Shown here: positions 45,832-55,348 of the stretch, one piece after another | Layout: every line of letters starts with the position of its first letter | Position numbering within the stretch: position 1 is the first letter of the stretch | Assembly (NCBI GenBank): GCA_036511855.1 | Contig: DATCBN010000015.1 | Span: 1,566 to 65,565 of the forward strand | Direction of reading: 5' to 3' | Length of the DNA: 64,000 nt | DNA from: Candidatus Eremiobacteraceae bacterium | GTDB lineage: Bacteria > Vulcanimicrobiota > Vulcanimicrobiia > Eremiobacterales > Eremiobacteraceae | Position numbers and translations under genes: made by a program | The notes under the pieces: generated by a model | Database searches by the model: none | What the model was told of the DNA's origin: nothing | What the model saw: only the letters and a program-made list of their open reading frames with translations

Positions 45832-48800
45832 TTACGAGCACCCCATGCTTCTTCCACACGAATCGCAGACGTAGCACGCTCCGTTGCGCCGGGTCAGCGA
45901 TCCGCACCCGTCGCACACCGGAGCGTCGCCCATCATCGAGGCCAACTGCGCCTCGCGCGAGCGAAGAGCGTTTAGTTGGGCCGCGGCCGATGGGTCGATC
46001 GGAGTCGCCGGTGATTGGGCAAGCGATGCTTGCCCTAGTACGGGTTTGGATTGGGCAAGCGATGCGTGCCCTAGTACGGGTTTGGACGAACTACTCGAAC
46101 CTGTTTGTGCGGACGGCGACAACGCGCGGCGCGCGATGACCTTCGCCGATTCCTCCGAAGCTTGCTGCTCGGCGACCATCGTCTCGAATTCGGAGAGCGC
46201 GTGGTCCTCGTGGTGGGTGTCGTCGACGTCTTTGTCTTCAGGTTTGACCTGAACGAAGTCGGTCCGTCCGAGATACTCCATACCGAGCACGCGGAAGATG
46301 TAGTCGATGACGCTCGTGCACGATTTGATGTTCGGGTGATCGACGAAGCCGTTGGGCTCGAACCGTGTGAAAGTGAACTTCTCGACGAATTCTTCCAGCG
46401 GCACGCCATACTGCATTCCGATCGAAACGGCGATCGCGAAGCAGTTCATGAGACTGCGGAACGATGCGCCTTCTTTGTGCAGATCGACGAATATCTCGCC
46501 TAAGGTGCCATCGCCGTATTCACCGGTGCGCAAGAAGACGGTGTGCCCCGCGATTTTCGCCTTCTGCGTCCAGCCGCGCCGTTTTGCCGGCAGCCGGTTG
46601 CGTTCGAGCACTTGCGCGACTTTGCGTTTGAAGTCGGTGTTGTCGGTGTTGGCGAGGATGCGTTGCGCGGCCGCGAGGATTTCGTCCGGCCGCAGTTCAT
46701 CGGCCGCGGACTGACGCGCCGCGGCGAGGCGGTCTTCGAACTCTTTGGACAACGCCAGCTGACGATCTTCGGCGGACTCGCTCGATTTGTCGGAGCCCTT
46801 GGTGGAGAGCGGCTGCGATAGCTTGGATCCGTCTCGATACAGCGCGATAGCCTTTAGCCCGAGGTCCCAGGAGCGCATGTACGCCTCTTGGATGTCTTGG
46901 ACGGTGGCTTCCATCGGCATGTTGATGGTCTTGGAGATGGCGCCTGAGATGAACGGCTGCGCGGCAGCCATCATGCGCACGTGACCCATGTGCTGGATAT
47001 AGCGGCGGCCGATCTTGCCGCACTTATTCGCGCAATCGAACGCGGCGTAGTGCTCTTCTTTGAGATGCGGTGCGCCTTCCACGGTCATCGTGCCGCAGAT
47101 ATAGTTGTTGGCGGCGTCCACCTCGTCGCGCGAGAAGCCGAGCAATCGCAAGAGGTCGAAGTCCGTCGCGCTGTATTGTTCGGGAGTGAAGCCCAGCCGC
47201 TGAAGCGTGGCCTCGCCAAGGCTCCATTGATTGAAGCCGAAGCCGATCTCGAACACCGCCGGCAAGCTGCGCTCGATGGCTTGGATGTCTTGGTCGTTGA
47301 AGCCGCGCGCGCGCAACGTTTCGACATTGATGTACGGCGAGCCGTACAGCGTGCCCGCGCCTTTGGCGTAGCGGATGATGTCGTCGATCTGCGCCGGCGC
47401 GTAGCCGAAGTTTCGCAACGCCACCGGAATGGATTGGTTGATGATCTTGAAGTAGCCGCCGCCTGAGAGCTTTTTGAACTTCACGAGCGCGAAGTCGGGC
47501 TCGATGCCGGTGGTGTCGCAATCCATCTGAAGGCCGATTGTTCCAGTAGGTGCAATGCATGTGGCCTGCGCGTTGCGATAGCCATGTTCTTCGCCAAGTT
47601 CGAGCGCCCGATCCCACGCTGCCCGCGCAGCGGCTAGCAGATACGGCGGGCACAACGTCTGGTCGATGCCCATCGGAACGACAGACACTTCTTCGTATTC
47701 CGCACCCGGTGCGTTGTATGCCGCGCGACGATGATTGCGCATGACGCGCAGCATGTCGTCGGAATTTTCTCTATAACGCGAAAACGGCCCAAGTTCGCCG
47801 GCCATTTCGGCCGACGCAGCATACGACTCACCCGTCAAGATTGCAGAGATCGCTCCAGATATCGCGAGCGCTCGAGGAGAATCGTACGGAATACCGGCGA
47901 CCATAAGCATCGTGCCGAGATTCGCATAGCCAAGACCGAGAGTGCGATACTCGTACGACTTTCGTGCGATGGATTGACTTGGAAAGTGCGCCATGAGCAC
48001 GGAGATCTCGAGCACCATCGTCCACAGCCGGATGGCATGACGATACGCTTCTACGTCGACGGTGTTCTTTTCGGCGTCGAAGAACTTCATCAAGTTTATA
48101 CTTGCCAAGTTGCAAGCTGTGTCGTCCAAGAACACGTACTCGGAGCAGTTGTGCACGATCAAGCCGTTGGCGACGAAATGGTGCGTGTCGGATTCGGTGA
48201 GATCGAAGACGGGCTCGAGCCCCAGGGCCTCAATTGTGTCGACTTCATCGACCAACGGTTCGGCGTACGTCGCCACATCGCGATTGATCGCGGCGAGCGC
48301 ATCGGCCTTTGCGGTTACCGGATCGAAGCCAATGTGCTGTTCGAATAATACGCGCGACGCACGGCTGACCCGCAGCGAATGCATCTCTTTCACTGGATAT
48401 GTGCGCATCCCGCCGCGGCCATCCGGCAACGCGGCTTCGAGCTTGCCATTGCGACGGCCGGAATAGATCTTCGCTTTGATGCCGAAGGAGAGCAGAAGTA
48501 GTTGAACCTGCTGGAGCAGTTCGAGCGATGTTGAATCGAGCGCCACATATTGGCTCTTGTCGCCGTAGTTGGCAACCGTGCCATCGGCGGAGAACAGGCC
48601 GCGAAGCACGAGACCGACGGATGCGCGGTCGAGTTCGTACACCGAGTCGGTGAATCGTTTCTGGTGGCTGCCCTGGTCGAGCACAGCGTATCGTTTGAAG
48701 ACGTCGACCACAGGTTGCGAGCCGAACGACAGCCGGGAAGTACTGGAGGTGTACGACGTGACCTGGACTTCGTCGTTTCGTCCGACGGAGCCGATGGCTT

Positions 48801-50400
48801 TCCGCGCGCGCTTTTCGTCGTTGACGGCGAGCGCGATCTTTTCGAGAATCGGCCACTCCGCCGCGGCCATGACTAGAGTTACATTCTCGCGGGCGCGCCC
48901 CGCGACGGTCGCATGAGCAAGATAGCCGTCGCCTACGGCGGCGCCGATGCCAAGCGCGATATCGTCGACAAGTTTGACCGAGCCGAAGCCCGATCCAGCA
49001 AGCGCGACGAGATCGCCCTTTTGCAGTTCGTTCGCGGCGACGTCGCCGCGCGACTTCGTGAACACCTTGTGGTCGCCGGTGAGGCGAAGCGAATAGCCGG
49101 CCTTGGTGCGCAGGCGGAACACTTGCTTCGTGCCGGTTGGGAAAATGCGGGAGACGAAGTGCGCCTTGCCGTCGGAGCCTATGACGAATGCGGACTTGCC
49201 GACGAGGGCATCGATGCGGTGCAGGCCGTCGGCTGTCGCGACGAATGTATCGCCCGTGACACACGGATTTGTCGCCCGGATCCGTCCGCCCTTAGGCGAT
49301 GTATGCCATGAATTGATGATGTCGTCATATTGCACGCCTGGATCTGCGCACGCCCACGCGGCGCGGCCGATCTGATCCCACAGATCGCGCGCGCGAACGG
49401 TGCGCGCCACCGAGCGATCCTTGCGCCACAGCAGATCCCACGAACCGTCGTTGCGCACGGCGTCGATGAACTTGTCCGGCACGCGCACGGAGTTGTTGGA
49501 GTTCTGACCGGAGACCGTCTGATAGGCCTCGCCCTCGTACGAACTGTCGTAGCCGGCGGCCATCAGCGCGGCGACTTTCTTTTCTTCTTGCACTTTCCAA
49601 TTGATGAACTTGTCGATGTCAGGGTGGTCCATGTCGAGGATGACCATCTTCGCGGCGCGCCGGGTTGTGCCGCCGCTCTTGATTGCGCCTGCGGCTCGAT
49701 CGCCGACTTTGAGGAAGGACATGAGGCCGCTCGACGTGCCGCCGCCGCCTAGCTTTTCGCCTTCGGCGCGGATGTTCGAGAAATTGCTTCCCGTGCCCGA
49801 ACCCATCTTGAAGAGGCGCGCTTCGCGCACCCACAGATCCATGATGCCGTTTTCATTGACGAGATCGTCTTCGACCGACTGGATAAAACAGGCGTGCGCC
49901 TGCACGCGTGTGTACGCGTCTTCGGAGCGCACGAGCTCTTGCGTATCGGGGTCGACGTAATAGTGTCCTTGCGGCGTGCCGGTTATCCCGTACGCATAAG
50001 CCAGCCCGGTGTTGAACCACTGCGGCGAGTTGGGCGCGGCCATCTGATTGATGAGCATGTGTGTGATCTCGGCATCGAACGCGGCAGCGTCTTCGTCGGT
50101 GTCGAAATATTTATAACGGCGTCCCCAATCGGTCCAGCATCCAGCTAAACGGCGCACCACCTGTCGCGCCGACGTTTCGCTGCCAAGCGAACTATCGGGT
50201 TGGGGCACCCCGGCTTTGCGGAAATATTTCTGCGCGAGGATGTCGGTGGCGACTTGCGACCACGCTTTCGGCACTTCGACATCGCGCATCTCGAAGACGA
50301 CGGTGCCGTCGGGCTCGCGGATGACCGATTCCCGGCTATCCCATTCGATGGTGTCAAGCGGATCGGTGCCTTGTTTGGTGAAACGCCGTTGGATCTTCAT
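45832..50400 (-). CDS. nrdJ: adenosylcobalamin-dependent ribonucleotide reductase (class II, NrdJ), intein-containing precursor
   Basis: '[11 protein letters not shown]', '[12 protein letters not shown]', 'TNPC|...|[18 protein letters not shown]' split by an intein, 'ISKTINMP', C-terminal zinc ribbon '[21 protein letters not shown]'. Confidence 0.92.
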   Translation of the reverse strand: MKIQRRFTKQGTDPLDTIEWDSRESVIREPDGTVVFEMRDVEVPKAWSQVATDILAQKYFRKAGVPQPDSSLGSETSARQVVRRLAGCWTDWGRRYKYFDTDEDAAAFDAEITHMLINQMAAPNSPQWFNTGLAYAYGITGTPQGHYYVDPDTQELVRSEDAYTRVQAHACFIQSVEDDLVNENGIMDLWVREARLFKMGSGTGSNFSNIRAEGEKLGGGGTSSGLMSFLKVGDRAAGAIKSGGTTRRAAKMVILDMDHPDIDKFINWKVQEEKKVAALMAAGYDSSYEGEAYQTVSGQNSNNSVRVPDKFIDAVRNDGSWDLLWRKDRSVARTVRARDLWDQIGRAAWACADPGVQYDDIINSWHTSPKGGRIRATNPCVTGDTFVATADGLHRIDALVGKSAFVIGSDGKAHFVSRIFPTGTKQVFRLRTKAGYSLRLTGDHKVFTKSRGDVAANELQKGDLVALAGSGFGSVKLVDDIALGIGAAVGDGYLAHATVAGRARENVTLVMAAAEWPILEKIALAVNDEKRARKAIGSVGRNDEVQVTSYTSSTSRLSFGSQPVVDVFKRYAVLDQGSHQKRFTDSVYELDRASVGLVLRGLFSADGTVANYGDKSQYVALDSTSLELLQQVQLLLLSFGIKAKIYSGRRNGKLEAALPDGRGGMRTYPVKEMHSLRVSRASRVLFEQHIGFDPVTAKADALAAINRDVATYAEPLVDEVDTIEALGLEPVFDLTESDTHHFVANGLIVHNCSEYVFLDDTACNLASINLMKFFDAEKNTVDVEAYRHAIRLWTMVLEISVLMAHFPSQSIARKSYEYRTLGLGYANLGTMLMVAGIPYDSPRALAISGAISAILTGESYAASAEMAGELGPFSRYRENSDDMLRVMRNHRRAAYNAPGAEYEEVSVVPMGIDQTLCPPYLLAAARAAWDRALELGEEHGYRNAQATCIAPTGTIGLQMDCDTTGIEPDFALVKFKKLSGGGYFKIINQSIPVALRNFGYAPAQIDDIIRYAKGAGTLYGSPYINVETLRARGFNDQDIQAIERSLPAVFEIGFGFNQWSLGEATLQRLGFTPEQYSATDFDLLRLLGFSRDEVDAANNYICGTMTVEGAPHLKEEHYAAFDCANKCGKIGRRYIQHMGHVRMMAAAQPFISGAISKTINMPMEATVQDIQEAYMRSWDLGLKAIALYRDGSKLSQPLSTKGSDKSSESAEDRQLALSKEFEDRLAAARQSAADELRPDEILAAAQRILANTDNTDFKRKVAQVLERNRLPAKRRGWTQKAKIAGHTVFLRTGEYGDGTLGEIFVDLHKEGASFRSLMNCFAIAVSIGMQYGVPLEEFVEKFTFTRFEPNGFVDHPNIKSCTSVIDYIFRVLGMEYLGRTDFVQVKPEDKDVDDTHHEDHALSEFETMVAEQQASEESAKVIARRALSPSAQTGSSSSSKPVLGHASLAQSKPVLGQASLAQSPATPIDPSAAAQLNALRSREAQLASMMGDAPVCDGCGSLTRRNGACYVCDSCGRSMGCS
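46017..46071. repeat. two REP-like hairpins (36-nt unit x2) inside the nrdJ coding sequence
   Basis: GGGCAAGC-GAT-GCTTGCCC-TAGTAC (46017-41) and GGGCAAGC-GAT-GCGTGCCC-TAGTAC (46053-77). The 36-nt unit spans 46014-49 and 46050-85. Confidence 0.9.
48148..49263 (-). mobile_element. intein (372 aa) with LAGLIDADG homing-endonuclease domain inside nrdJ
   Basis: Residues 380-751 of the precursor. Block A '[13 protein letters not shown]', block B 'LTGDHKVFT', LAGLIDADG motifs '[12 protein letters not shown]' and '[12 protein letters not shown]', block F/G '[13 protein letters not shown]' followed by +1 Cys. Codons checked: TGT at 49261-63, AAC at 48148-50. Confidence 0.88.
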
Positions 50401-50544
50401 GGACCTTCCTAGTCCTTTCTCTCTATATCATGACTGCCGCGAACGGTGGTGATGATGCGAAAGGGACGCTCGAAACGCCTGGGGCTTTGCAGCCACCGAA
50501 CGGTCAAACTGATTGGAAACGTATGTTCGACGAACGTTCATTCG

Positions 50545-50609
50545 CCCCTACGTATAGTGGCTCCCGGAGTGACATCCCCCATTATATAGCGACGGAAGGT
50601 GATATGCAA
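50545..50609 (-). promoter_or_regulatory. candidate nrdJ promoter (TTGCAT-17-TATAAT) with two NrdR-box-like palindromes
   Basis: Minus strand: -35 TTGCAT (50609-04) and -10 TATAAT (50586-81). Box 1 is TCGCTATATAATGGGG (50592-77) and box 2 is CCACTATACGTAGGGG (50560-45). Each matches 11/16 positions of acaCwAtATaTwGtgt, with centres 32 bp apart. Confidence 0.5.
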
Positions 50610-50853
50610 TAGATTTTTCGAACAGCAGTTTGTACACAGGCCGCACTCATGCTGCGCCTGACATGGCGCGGTTTTCCGCAGATTCCCATGTACAGGAATT
50701 GCCCCGTGTGCAGAACTCCGCGTTTCCGGCATATGAATAGGATTAGGAGCGACGAAATATCTAGACGATCTAACCTCACAATTTCGAGCGGAAATGTGGA
50801 AATGGACGGATGGTCCCTATACGTCCGACCGTCCGCTCTGATAGCGTAGGCAA

Positions 50854-51624
50854 ATGGACTTTCACTTTTCCATCGCGGGCTTTGTCGTTGGCATACTCGT
50901 CGGTCTGACCGGCGTGGGCTCGAGCGCGCTCATGCTGCCGATCCTCGTGCTGTTTCTCGGTGTCAGTCCGCTTTTGGCGGTCGGCACCGACCTCGCGTAC
51001 AGCGTTCCCACAAAACTTGTCGGGGCGTTCATGCACGGTCAGCAGAAGACCGGAAACCGGCGCGTCGTGCTGTATCTCGCGTACGGGGGCGTGCCGGCGG
51101 CCATACTCGGTGTGCTCACGCTGCGCTGGGTTGAAGCGCACATCGGCCTTGCGGCGCTCAACACCGACCTCAAGCATGGCCTTGGAATATTGCTGTTCTT
51201 CGTCTCCGCGGTGGTGCTGGTCACGCCGTTGATTTTGAAAGCGCATAATCCCGACCCCTACGTCACGGTGAAAAATGCGAAATGGCGCATCATCGTCGTC
51301 GGCGCCATCGTCGGGTACCTCGTCGCGATCACGTCGATCGGCGCAGGCTCGATCACGATGACGGCGCTTTGTCTCATCCTCCCGATCGTTCGCCTGCGCG
51401 ATCTCGTCGGTTCCGACGTCGCGTTCGCCGCGCTCATCGTGCCGGTCGCGGCCATAGGACACGTCGCGCTTGGCAACGTGAATTGGGCCATGACCCTCGC
51501 GCTGATCATAGGATCCATCCCCGGTGTGTTGATCGGCGCCTGGCTATGCAAGAAGATGGAGACCAAATGGCTGCGCGTGACGATGGCTATCGCGATGGTC
51601 GCAGCCGGAACGCGCATGTTCTAG
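50854..51624 (+). CDS. TauE/SafE (DUF81) family anion exporter
   Basis: Eight TM helices, 'GLTGVGSSALMLPILV' and repeated 'SIGAGSITMTAL' halves. Confidence 0.8.
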   Translation: MDFHFSIAGFVVGILVGLTGVGSSALMLPILVLFLGVSPLLAVGTDLAYSVPTKLVGAFMHGQQKTGNRRVVLYLAYGGVPAAILGVLTLRWVEAHIGLAALNTDLKHGLGILLFFVSAVVLVTPLILKAHNPDPYVTVKNAKWRIIVVGAIVGYLVAITSIGAGSITMTALCLILPIVRLRDLVGSDVAFAALIVPVAAIGHVALGNVNWAMTLALIIGSIPGVLIGAWLCKKMETKWLRVTMAIAMVAAGTRMF

Positions 51625-51651
51625 CGGTTTCGTCGCAATCGGCCATACAAC

Positions 51652-51677
51652 GCCCCGCGCTCGTCGCGGGGCTTTTT
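51652..51677 (+). terminator. rho-independent terminator
   Basis: GCCCCGCG-CTCGT-CGCGGGGC followed by TTTTT, 28 nt after the TauE stop. Confidence 0.7.
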
Positions 51678-51703
51678 CGTGGCGTGGTCGAACGAGCGAT
51701 CCG

Positions 51704-52594
51704 ATGAGCTCGAAAACGCTCGACATCGCCCTCGTGCAATTCGCGCCGCGAAAGGGCGATCTCAAAGCCAACCTAAACGCCCTCACGGGGGCTTTTGCAA
51801 GTTTAAAGCGCGATCGCGCCGGTATGGCAGACGTCGTAGTCTTTCCCGAAACCTGTCTCTCCGGCTATTTTGTGGAAGGCGGGGTGCGCGAACTCGCGCT
51901 TTCCGCAGATGAGGCGCTGCATCACATCAATGCAAGCGCCGCCAAAGGCTGCGGCAAAGCGCACCACCCGTTCGACGTCATCGTCGGTTTTTACGAGAAC
52001 GACGGCGGCAAGCTCTACAATAGCGCTCTGTACGCCACGCTCGGTACGAAGCCGAAACTTCGCCACGTCCACCGCAAGATGTTTCTGCCCACTTACGGCG
52101 TCTTCGACGAAGAGCGGTTCGTGTCGCGCGGGAGCGCCATCGCGGCGTTCGACGTGCCGTACGGCCGGGTCGCGATGCTCATCTGCGAGGACGCTTGCCA
52201 TTCGCTTGCAACCACAGTTGCGGCGCTGCACGGCGCGCAGATAGTCTTTATCCCGAGCGCGTCGCCCGGTCGCGGGCTCGAAGACGCCGAGCCCGCAAAC
52301 GTGCGCATGTGGCGCGACATCATGCGCGTGACGTCGGCCGAACATGGCATCTTCACGGTGTACGCAGGCTTACTCGGCTTTGAAGGCGGCAAGGGCTTCA
52401 CCGGCGCTTCGCGCGTCGTCGGCCCTCTCGGCGACCTGCGAGCGGAAGCGCCGTTCGACCAGCCGGCCATCTTGCGCACGAAGATCCGTTTGGAAGACGT
52501 CGCCGTCGCGCGCGCCGCGCTTCCCATGCTCGGCGACCTCGAGGCCAATCTCGCCGAACTCGCCGCGCAACTGCAGCCGCAGGTGGAAAGGTGA
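51704..52594 (+). CDS. carbon-nitrogen hydrolase (nitrilase superfamily), probable glutaminase partner of NadE
   Basis: Catalytic-triad context 'VVFPETCLSGY' (Glu), 'HRKMFLPTYGVFDE' (Lys), 'MLICEDACH' (Cys). The stop overlaps the nadE GTG (GTGA). Confidence 0.8.
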   Translation: MSSKTLDIALVQFAPRKGDLKANLNALTGAFASLKRDRAGMADVVVFPETCLSGYFVEGGVRELALSADEALHHINASAAKGCGKAHHPFDVIVGFYENDGGKLYNSALYATLGTKPKLRHVHRKMFLPTYGVFDEERFVSRGSAIAAFDVPYGRVAMLICEDACHSLATTVAALHGAQIVFIPSASPGRGLEDAEPANVRMWRDIMRVTSAEHGIFTVYAGLLGFEGGKGFTGASRVVGPLGDLRAEAPFDQPAILRTKIRLEDVAVARAALPMLGDLEANLAELAAQLQPQVER

Positions 52595-53451
52595 ACGCCG
52601 GACCGGCCTTCGCCATCGTCCGCGCGCCGCGCGCGACCAACCCGCTCGCGGTTGATCCGGCGCTAGTCGAGCGCTGGCTCGTCCGATTCCTGCGCGACGA
52701 ACTCGTGCACCGGCGCGGGATCACGCAAGCCGTCGTCGGCATCTCCGGTGGCGTCGACTCCGCGGTCGTCGCGCTTCTGTGCAGCCGTGCGCTCGGCCCG
52801 AAGAACGTCCACGGAATCCGCATGCCATACCGCACATCGAGCAAAGAAAGCCTCGCGCACGGGGCGCTCGTCATCCGCGAGGCCGGCATTCGCGACCGGC
52901 TGATCGACATCTCGGCTGCCGTCGACGGCTACCTCAAATTCGAGCGCGGCGCAGACGGTCAGCGCCGCGGCAACGTCATGGCGCGCGCGCGTATGCTCGT
53001 GTTGTTCGACCAATCTGCAAAGGTCGGCGGATTGCCCATCGGCACCGGCAATAAATCCGAGCGGCTTTTCGGCTACTTCACGTGGCACGGTGACGACTCG
53101 CCGCCGATCAACCCGATCGGCGACCTGTTCAAGTCACAAGTCTGGGTGCTCGCCCGCCATCTCGGGGTGCCCACGGCCATCATCGACAAGCCGGCGACCG
53201 CCGATCTCATCCGCGGCCAAACCGACGAAGACGACCTCGGCATCACCTACGCGCGCGCCGACCGCATCCTCAACGCGATATTGCTCGGTTATTCGCCGGC
53301 CGACATCGCGGCGCAGGGGTTCTCCCATCGCGACGTCGCGCTCGTGAAGAAGCGCGTCGACGCCACGCATTGGAAGCGGCACTTGGCGACCACGGCGATG
53401 CTTTCGGCGACCGCCATCAACGAGTTCTACTTGCGTCCCGTCGATTTCTAA
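52591..53451 (+). CDS. nadE: NAD+ synthetase, synthetase (ATP pyrophosphatase) domain only
   Basis: PP-loop 'GISGGVDSAVVALL', 'GTGNKSERLFGYFTWHGD', 'PIGDLFKSQV'. No fused CN-hydrolase domain. Confidence 0.88.
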   Translation: MNAGPAFAIVRAPRATNPLAVDPALVERWLVRFLRDELVHRRGITQAVVGISGGVDSAVVALLCSRALGPKNVHGIRMPYRTSSKESLAHGALVIREAGIRDRLIDISAAVDGYLKFERGADGQRRGNVMARARMLVLFDQSAKVGGLPIGTGNKSERLFGYFTWHGDDSPPINPIGDLFKSQVWVLARHLGVPTAIIDKPATADLIRGQTDEDDLGITYARADRILNAILLGYSPADIAAQGFSHRDVALVKKRVDATHWKRHLATTAMLSATAINEFYLRPVDF

Positions 53452-53486
53452 GCCGGACGGGCCTTGCCGGCAGTCGTCTCACCGCG

Positions 53487-53972
53487 CTATTTGAACGTCA
53501 CGCCCGCCCACGCTTGCGAAGCCACCCGCCAGCCGACGCCCGCCTTCACCACCACGAACGTCCAATACCCAGTCTCGACGAACGGTTTGTCGTGGAAGAA
53601 CGGTGTGAACCTGCCCGGAAAAACGATGTACGCGCGCGTCGCCGATGCGACGTATTCGGTGGGCGCACCAAGCACGATGTGGGGCTTTGTGATTCCCGCC
53701 GCGTTATTGGATGTGGTGAAGCCGGTGCTCCACAGTGTTCCGGCGTCGGCCGACGTCCAATGAAAGGGCGCGAACTCATCGGTAATCGTCGCGCCTGCCG
53801 CATATGTGCCCGCCGGAATTCCGGCTCCGGTATTGACGAACGTGACGATTCGCCGCACGGGCGCCATCATCGCGGCGGTGGGCGCTTGCGCCGGCGCGGC
53901 AAACGAAGTCGCGGGCAGAACGCACGAGATCAAGATCGCTGCGATGAGCGAGCGGGGGCCGTGAACGAGCAT
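53487..53972 (-). CDS. hypothetical secreted protein
   Basis: ATG 53972 ('MLVHGPRSLIAAILISCVLPATSFA', signal peptide) lies 1 nt after the upstream stop (TAATATG). Small alpha+beta-looking domain. Confidence 0.55.
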   Translation of the reverse strand: MLVHGPRSLIAAILISCVLPATSFAAPAQAPTAAMMAPVRRIVTFVNTGAGIPAGTYAAGATITDEFAPFHWTSADAGTLWSTGFTTSNNAAGITKPHIVLGAPTEYVASATRAYIVFPGRFTPFFHDKPFVETGYWTFVVVKAGVGWRVASQAWAGVTFK

Positions 53973-53973
53973 A

Positions 53974-54735
53974 TTAGTCCCCCAATCTCCCAAAGAAACT
54001 CGTGATGTCGAAGAAAAACGAACGGCTGTCGTCGGATGACGAACACTTCGTGTCGATTTGATCGTACTTCAGGGATCCCGCGGCGCGCACCGACTGTTTT
54101 GTCCATAACCAAGTTCCGCCGTTCGCGCATGGCTGTTTTGCGATGTAGTCGTGCTCTGCGGTGATGCCGTCCGTCTCGGTCTTGGCCGTGATGACGATCG
54201 CAGTAGCGACGTTCGATCCATCGCGGCCTGCATCATCGGTTTTCGTAAGCCCGAGCGCTTCGTACGATATCGTCAAAGAGATGTCGGTGACCTTGCCGTC
54301 GTCGACACGATAGAACCAATGTCCGGCCGGCGATGCGTTATACTCAAGCGACCCGTTTGAGAGAGTCGCAAGCGGTGTGCCGCGGCGAAGCTGAATCGTG
54401 TCGGCCGCGGCGCCGATCGCCACACCATACGGATCGGTGATATCGGCGAACATCTTCGGCCGCAGTCCCGCTCCGACGAGAACGATCAAACCATCGTGAA
54501 CCTTGACGATCAGCGCCACCCCGCTTGCAAGGTTGTACACGCGAAACTCGCCATCACCCGCCGTTTTGACAAGCGTCGGGGTGCCGAATTTCGCGTCGAC
54601 GGCAGTGGCTTTTTCGCCGACCTCGATGCCGAGAAAGGAAGGCAACGCCGGCGCATGATACGCCGGAAGCTGATTCGACCAAGTACTGGCCGGCGCGAGA
54701 AAGGCAAGAAGCGCTGACAACGCGAGGAAAATCAT
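53974..54735 (-). CDS. hypothetical secreted protein
   Basis: ATG 54735 gives the signal-like 'MIFLALSALLAFLAPAST'. The track ORF's upstream 95 aa are Arg-rich and overlap the VOC gene region. Confidence 0.5.
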   Translation of the reverse strand: MIFLALSALLAFLAPASTWSNQLPAYHAPALPSFLGIEVGEKATAVDAKFGTPTLVKTAGDGEFRVYNLASGVALIVKVHDGLIVLVGAGLRPKMFADITDPYGVAIGAAADTIQLRRGTPLATLSNGSLEYNASPAGHWFYRVDDGKVTDISLTISYEALGLTKTDDAGRDGSNVATAIVITAKTETDGITAEHDYIAKQPCANGGTWLWTKQSVRAAGSLKYDQIDTKCSSSDDSRSFFFDITSFFGRLGD

Positions 54736-54918
54736 GAACACACCATCCCGAGAACGTAGGGCACCGATCGACTGTCGCGAGCCGGCACGGCGCCGTTCAC
54801 TTTTTCGCGGTCGCGTGATTGCACCTGCGTTTTCCCTCGCGAGCCGCGTGCGATCCGCAGGACAAGTCGTCTTTCGCAGCGGAGGGGCACGCTTGCAATT
54901 CAACAGGAGGGCCGAACG

Positions 54919-55305
54919 ATGTCTCGTTACTTGCACACGTCGATCTTCGTCAACGACATGGCGGAGTCGATCAAGTTCTATACGGAGAAGCTCGGGCTCA
55001 AGCTCTTGGATCAAGCGCACTATGAGGGTAACGCCGATATGGCATTCGTCGGTCGCGACTGGGATGCGTACGTCGAGCTTGTCTACGATTTAGAAGAGCA
55101 CGAGCCGTATGCGATCGGCAACCGTTACGAGCATCTCGCACTCGAGGTCGACGGCGATCTTCCCGGCGTCTGCGAACGATTGAAGAGCGAAGGCGTGAAA
55201 ATTCTGAAAGGCCCGAAGAAATCACCCGGCGGCACCCGGTGGATAGCGTTTGTCGAAGATCCCAACGGCATACCGGTGGAGCTTCTGGAGCCTAAGCCGC
55301 GCTAG
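54919..55305 (+). CDS. VOC-family protein (glyoxalase I / lactoylglutathione lyase-like)
   Basis: '[26 protein letters not shown]', '[10 protein letters not shown]', '[16 protein letters not shown]'. Confidence 0.85.
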   Translation: MSRYLHTSIFVNDMAESIKFYTEKLGLKLLDQAHYEGNADMAFVGRDWDAYVELVYDLEEHEPYAIGNRYEHLALEVDGDLPGVCERLKSEGVKILKGPKKSPGGTRWIAFVEDPNGIPVELLEPKPR

Positions 55306-55348
55306 GCGCGGACAGATCGATGCCGCCACAATAATGCGAGGGGATGCG

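Noticed and set aside
45832-50400. Second intein or other insertion in nrdJ
   Set aside because: Apart from residues 380-751 and the 24-aa REP-derived linker, the sequence reads as continuous class II RNR. No further Cys/Ser...HN-Cys/Ser/Thr splicing blocks were seen.
50545-50700. Cobalamin-riboswitch-like fragments on the nrdJ strand (GGGAATC, GCGG-AAAA-CCGC hairpin, GCGCAGC, GCCACTA, AATCAG..GACC)
   Set aside because: The matches are short and no P1/P2 pairing partner lies at the expected distance. The GCCACTA piece is better explained as NrdR-like box 2, and the GGGAA portion lies upstream of the inferred promoter. A B12 OFF-switch on a B12-dependent enzyme would also be counter-intuitive. 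A cmscan with RF00174 would settle it.
50649-50849. 66-aa plus-strand ORF in the nrdJ/TauE spacer (contains one CPVC)
   Set aside because: No RBS, a single CxxC only, atypical composition, and it ends 4 nt before the TauE start. Probably non-coding.
54736-55020. Upstream 95 aa of the 348-aa track ORF (53974-55020)
   Set aside because: Arg-rich, and it overlaps the 5' part of the well-supported VOC gene on the other strand. The internal ATG 54735 gives a clean signal peptide.
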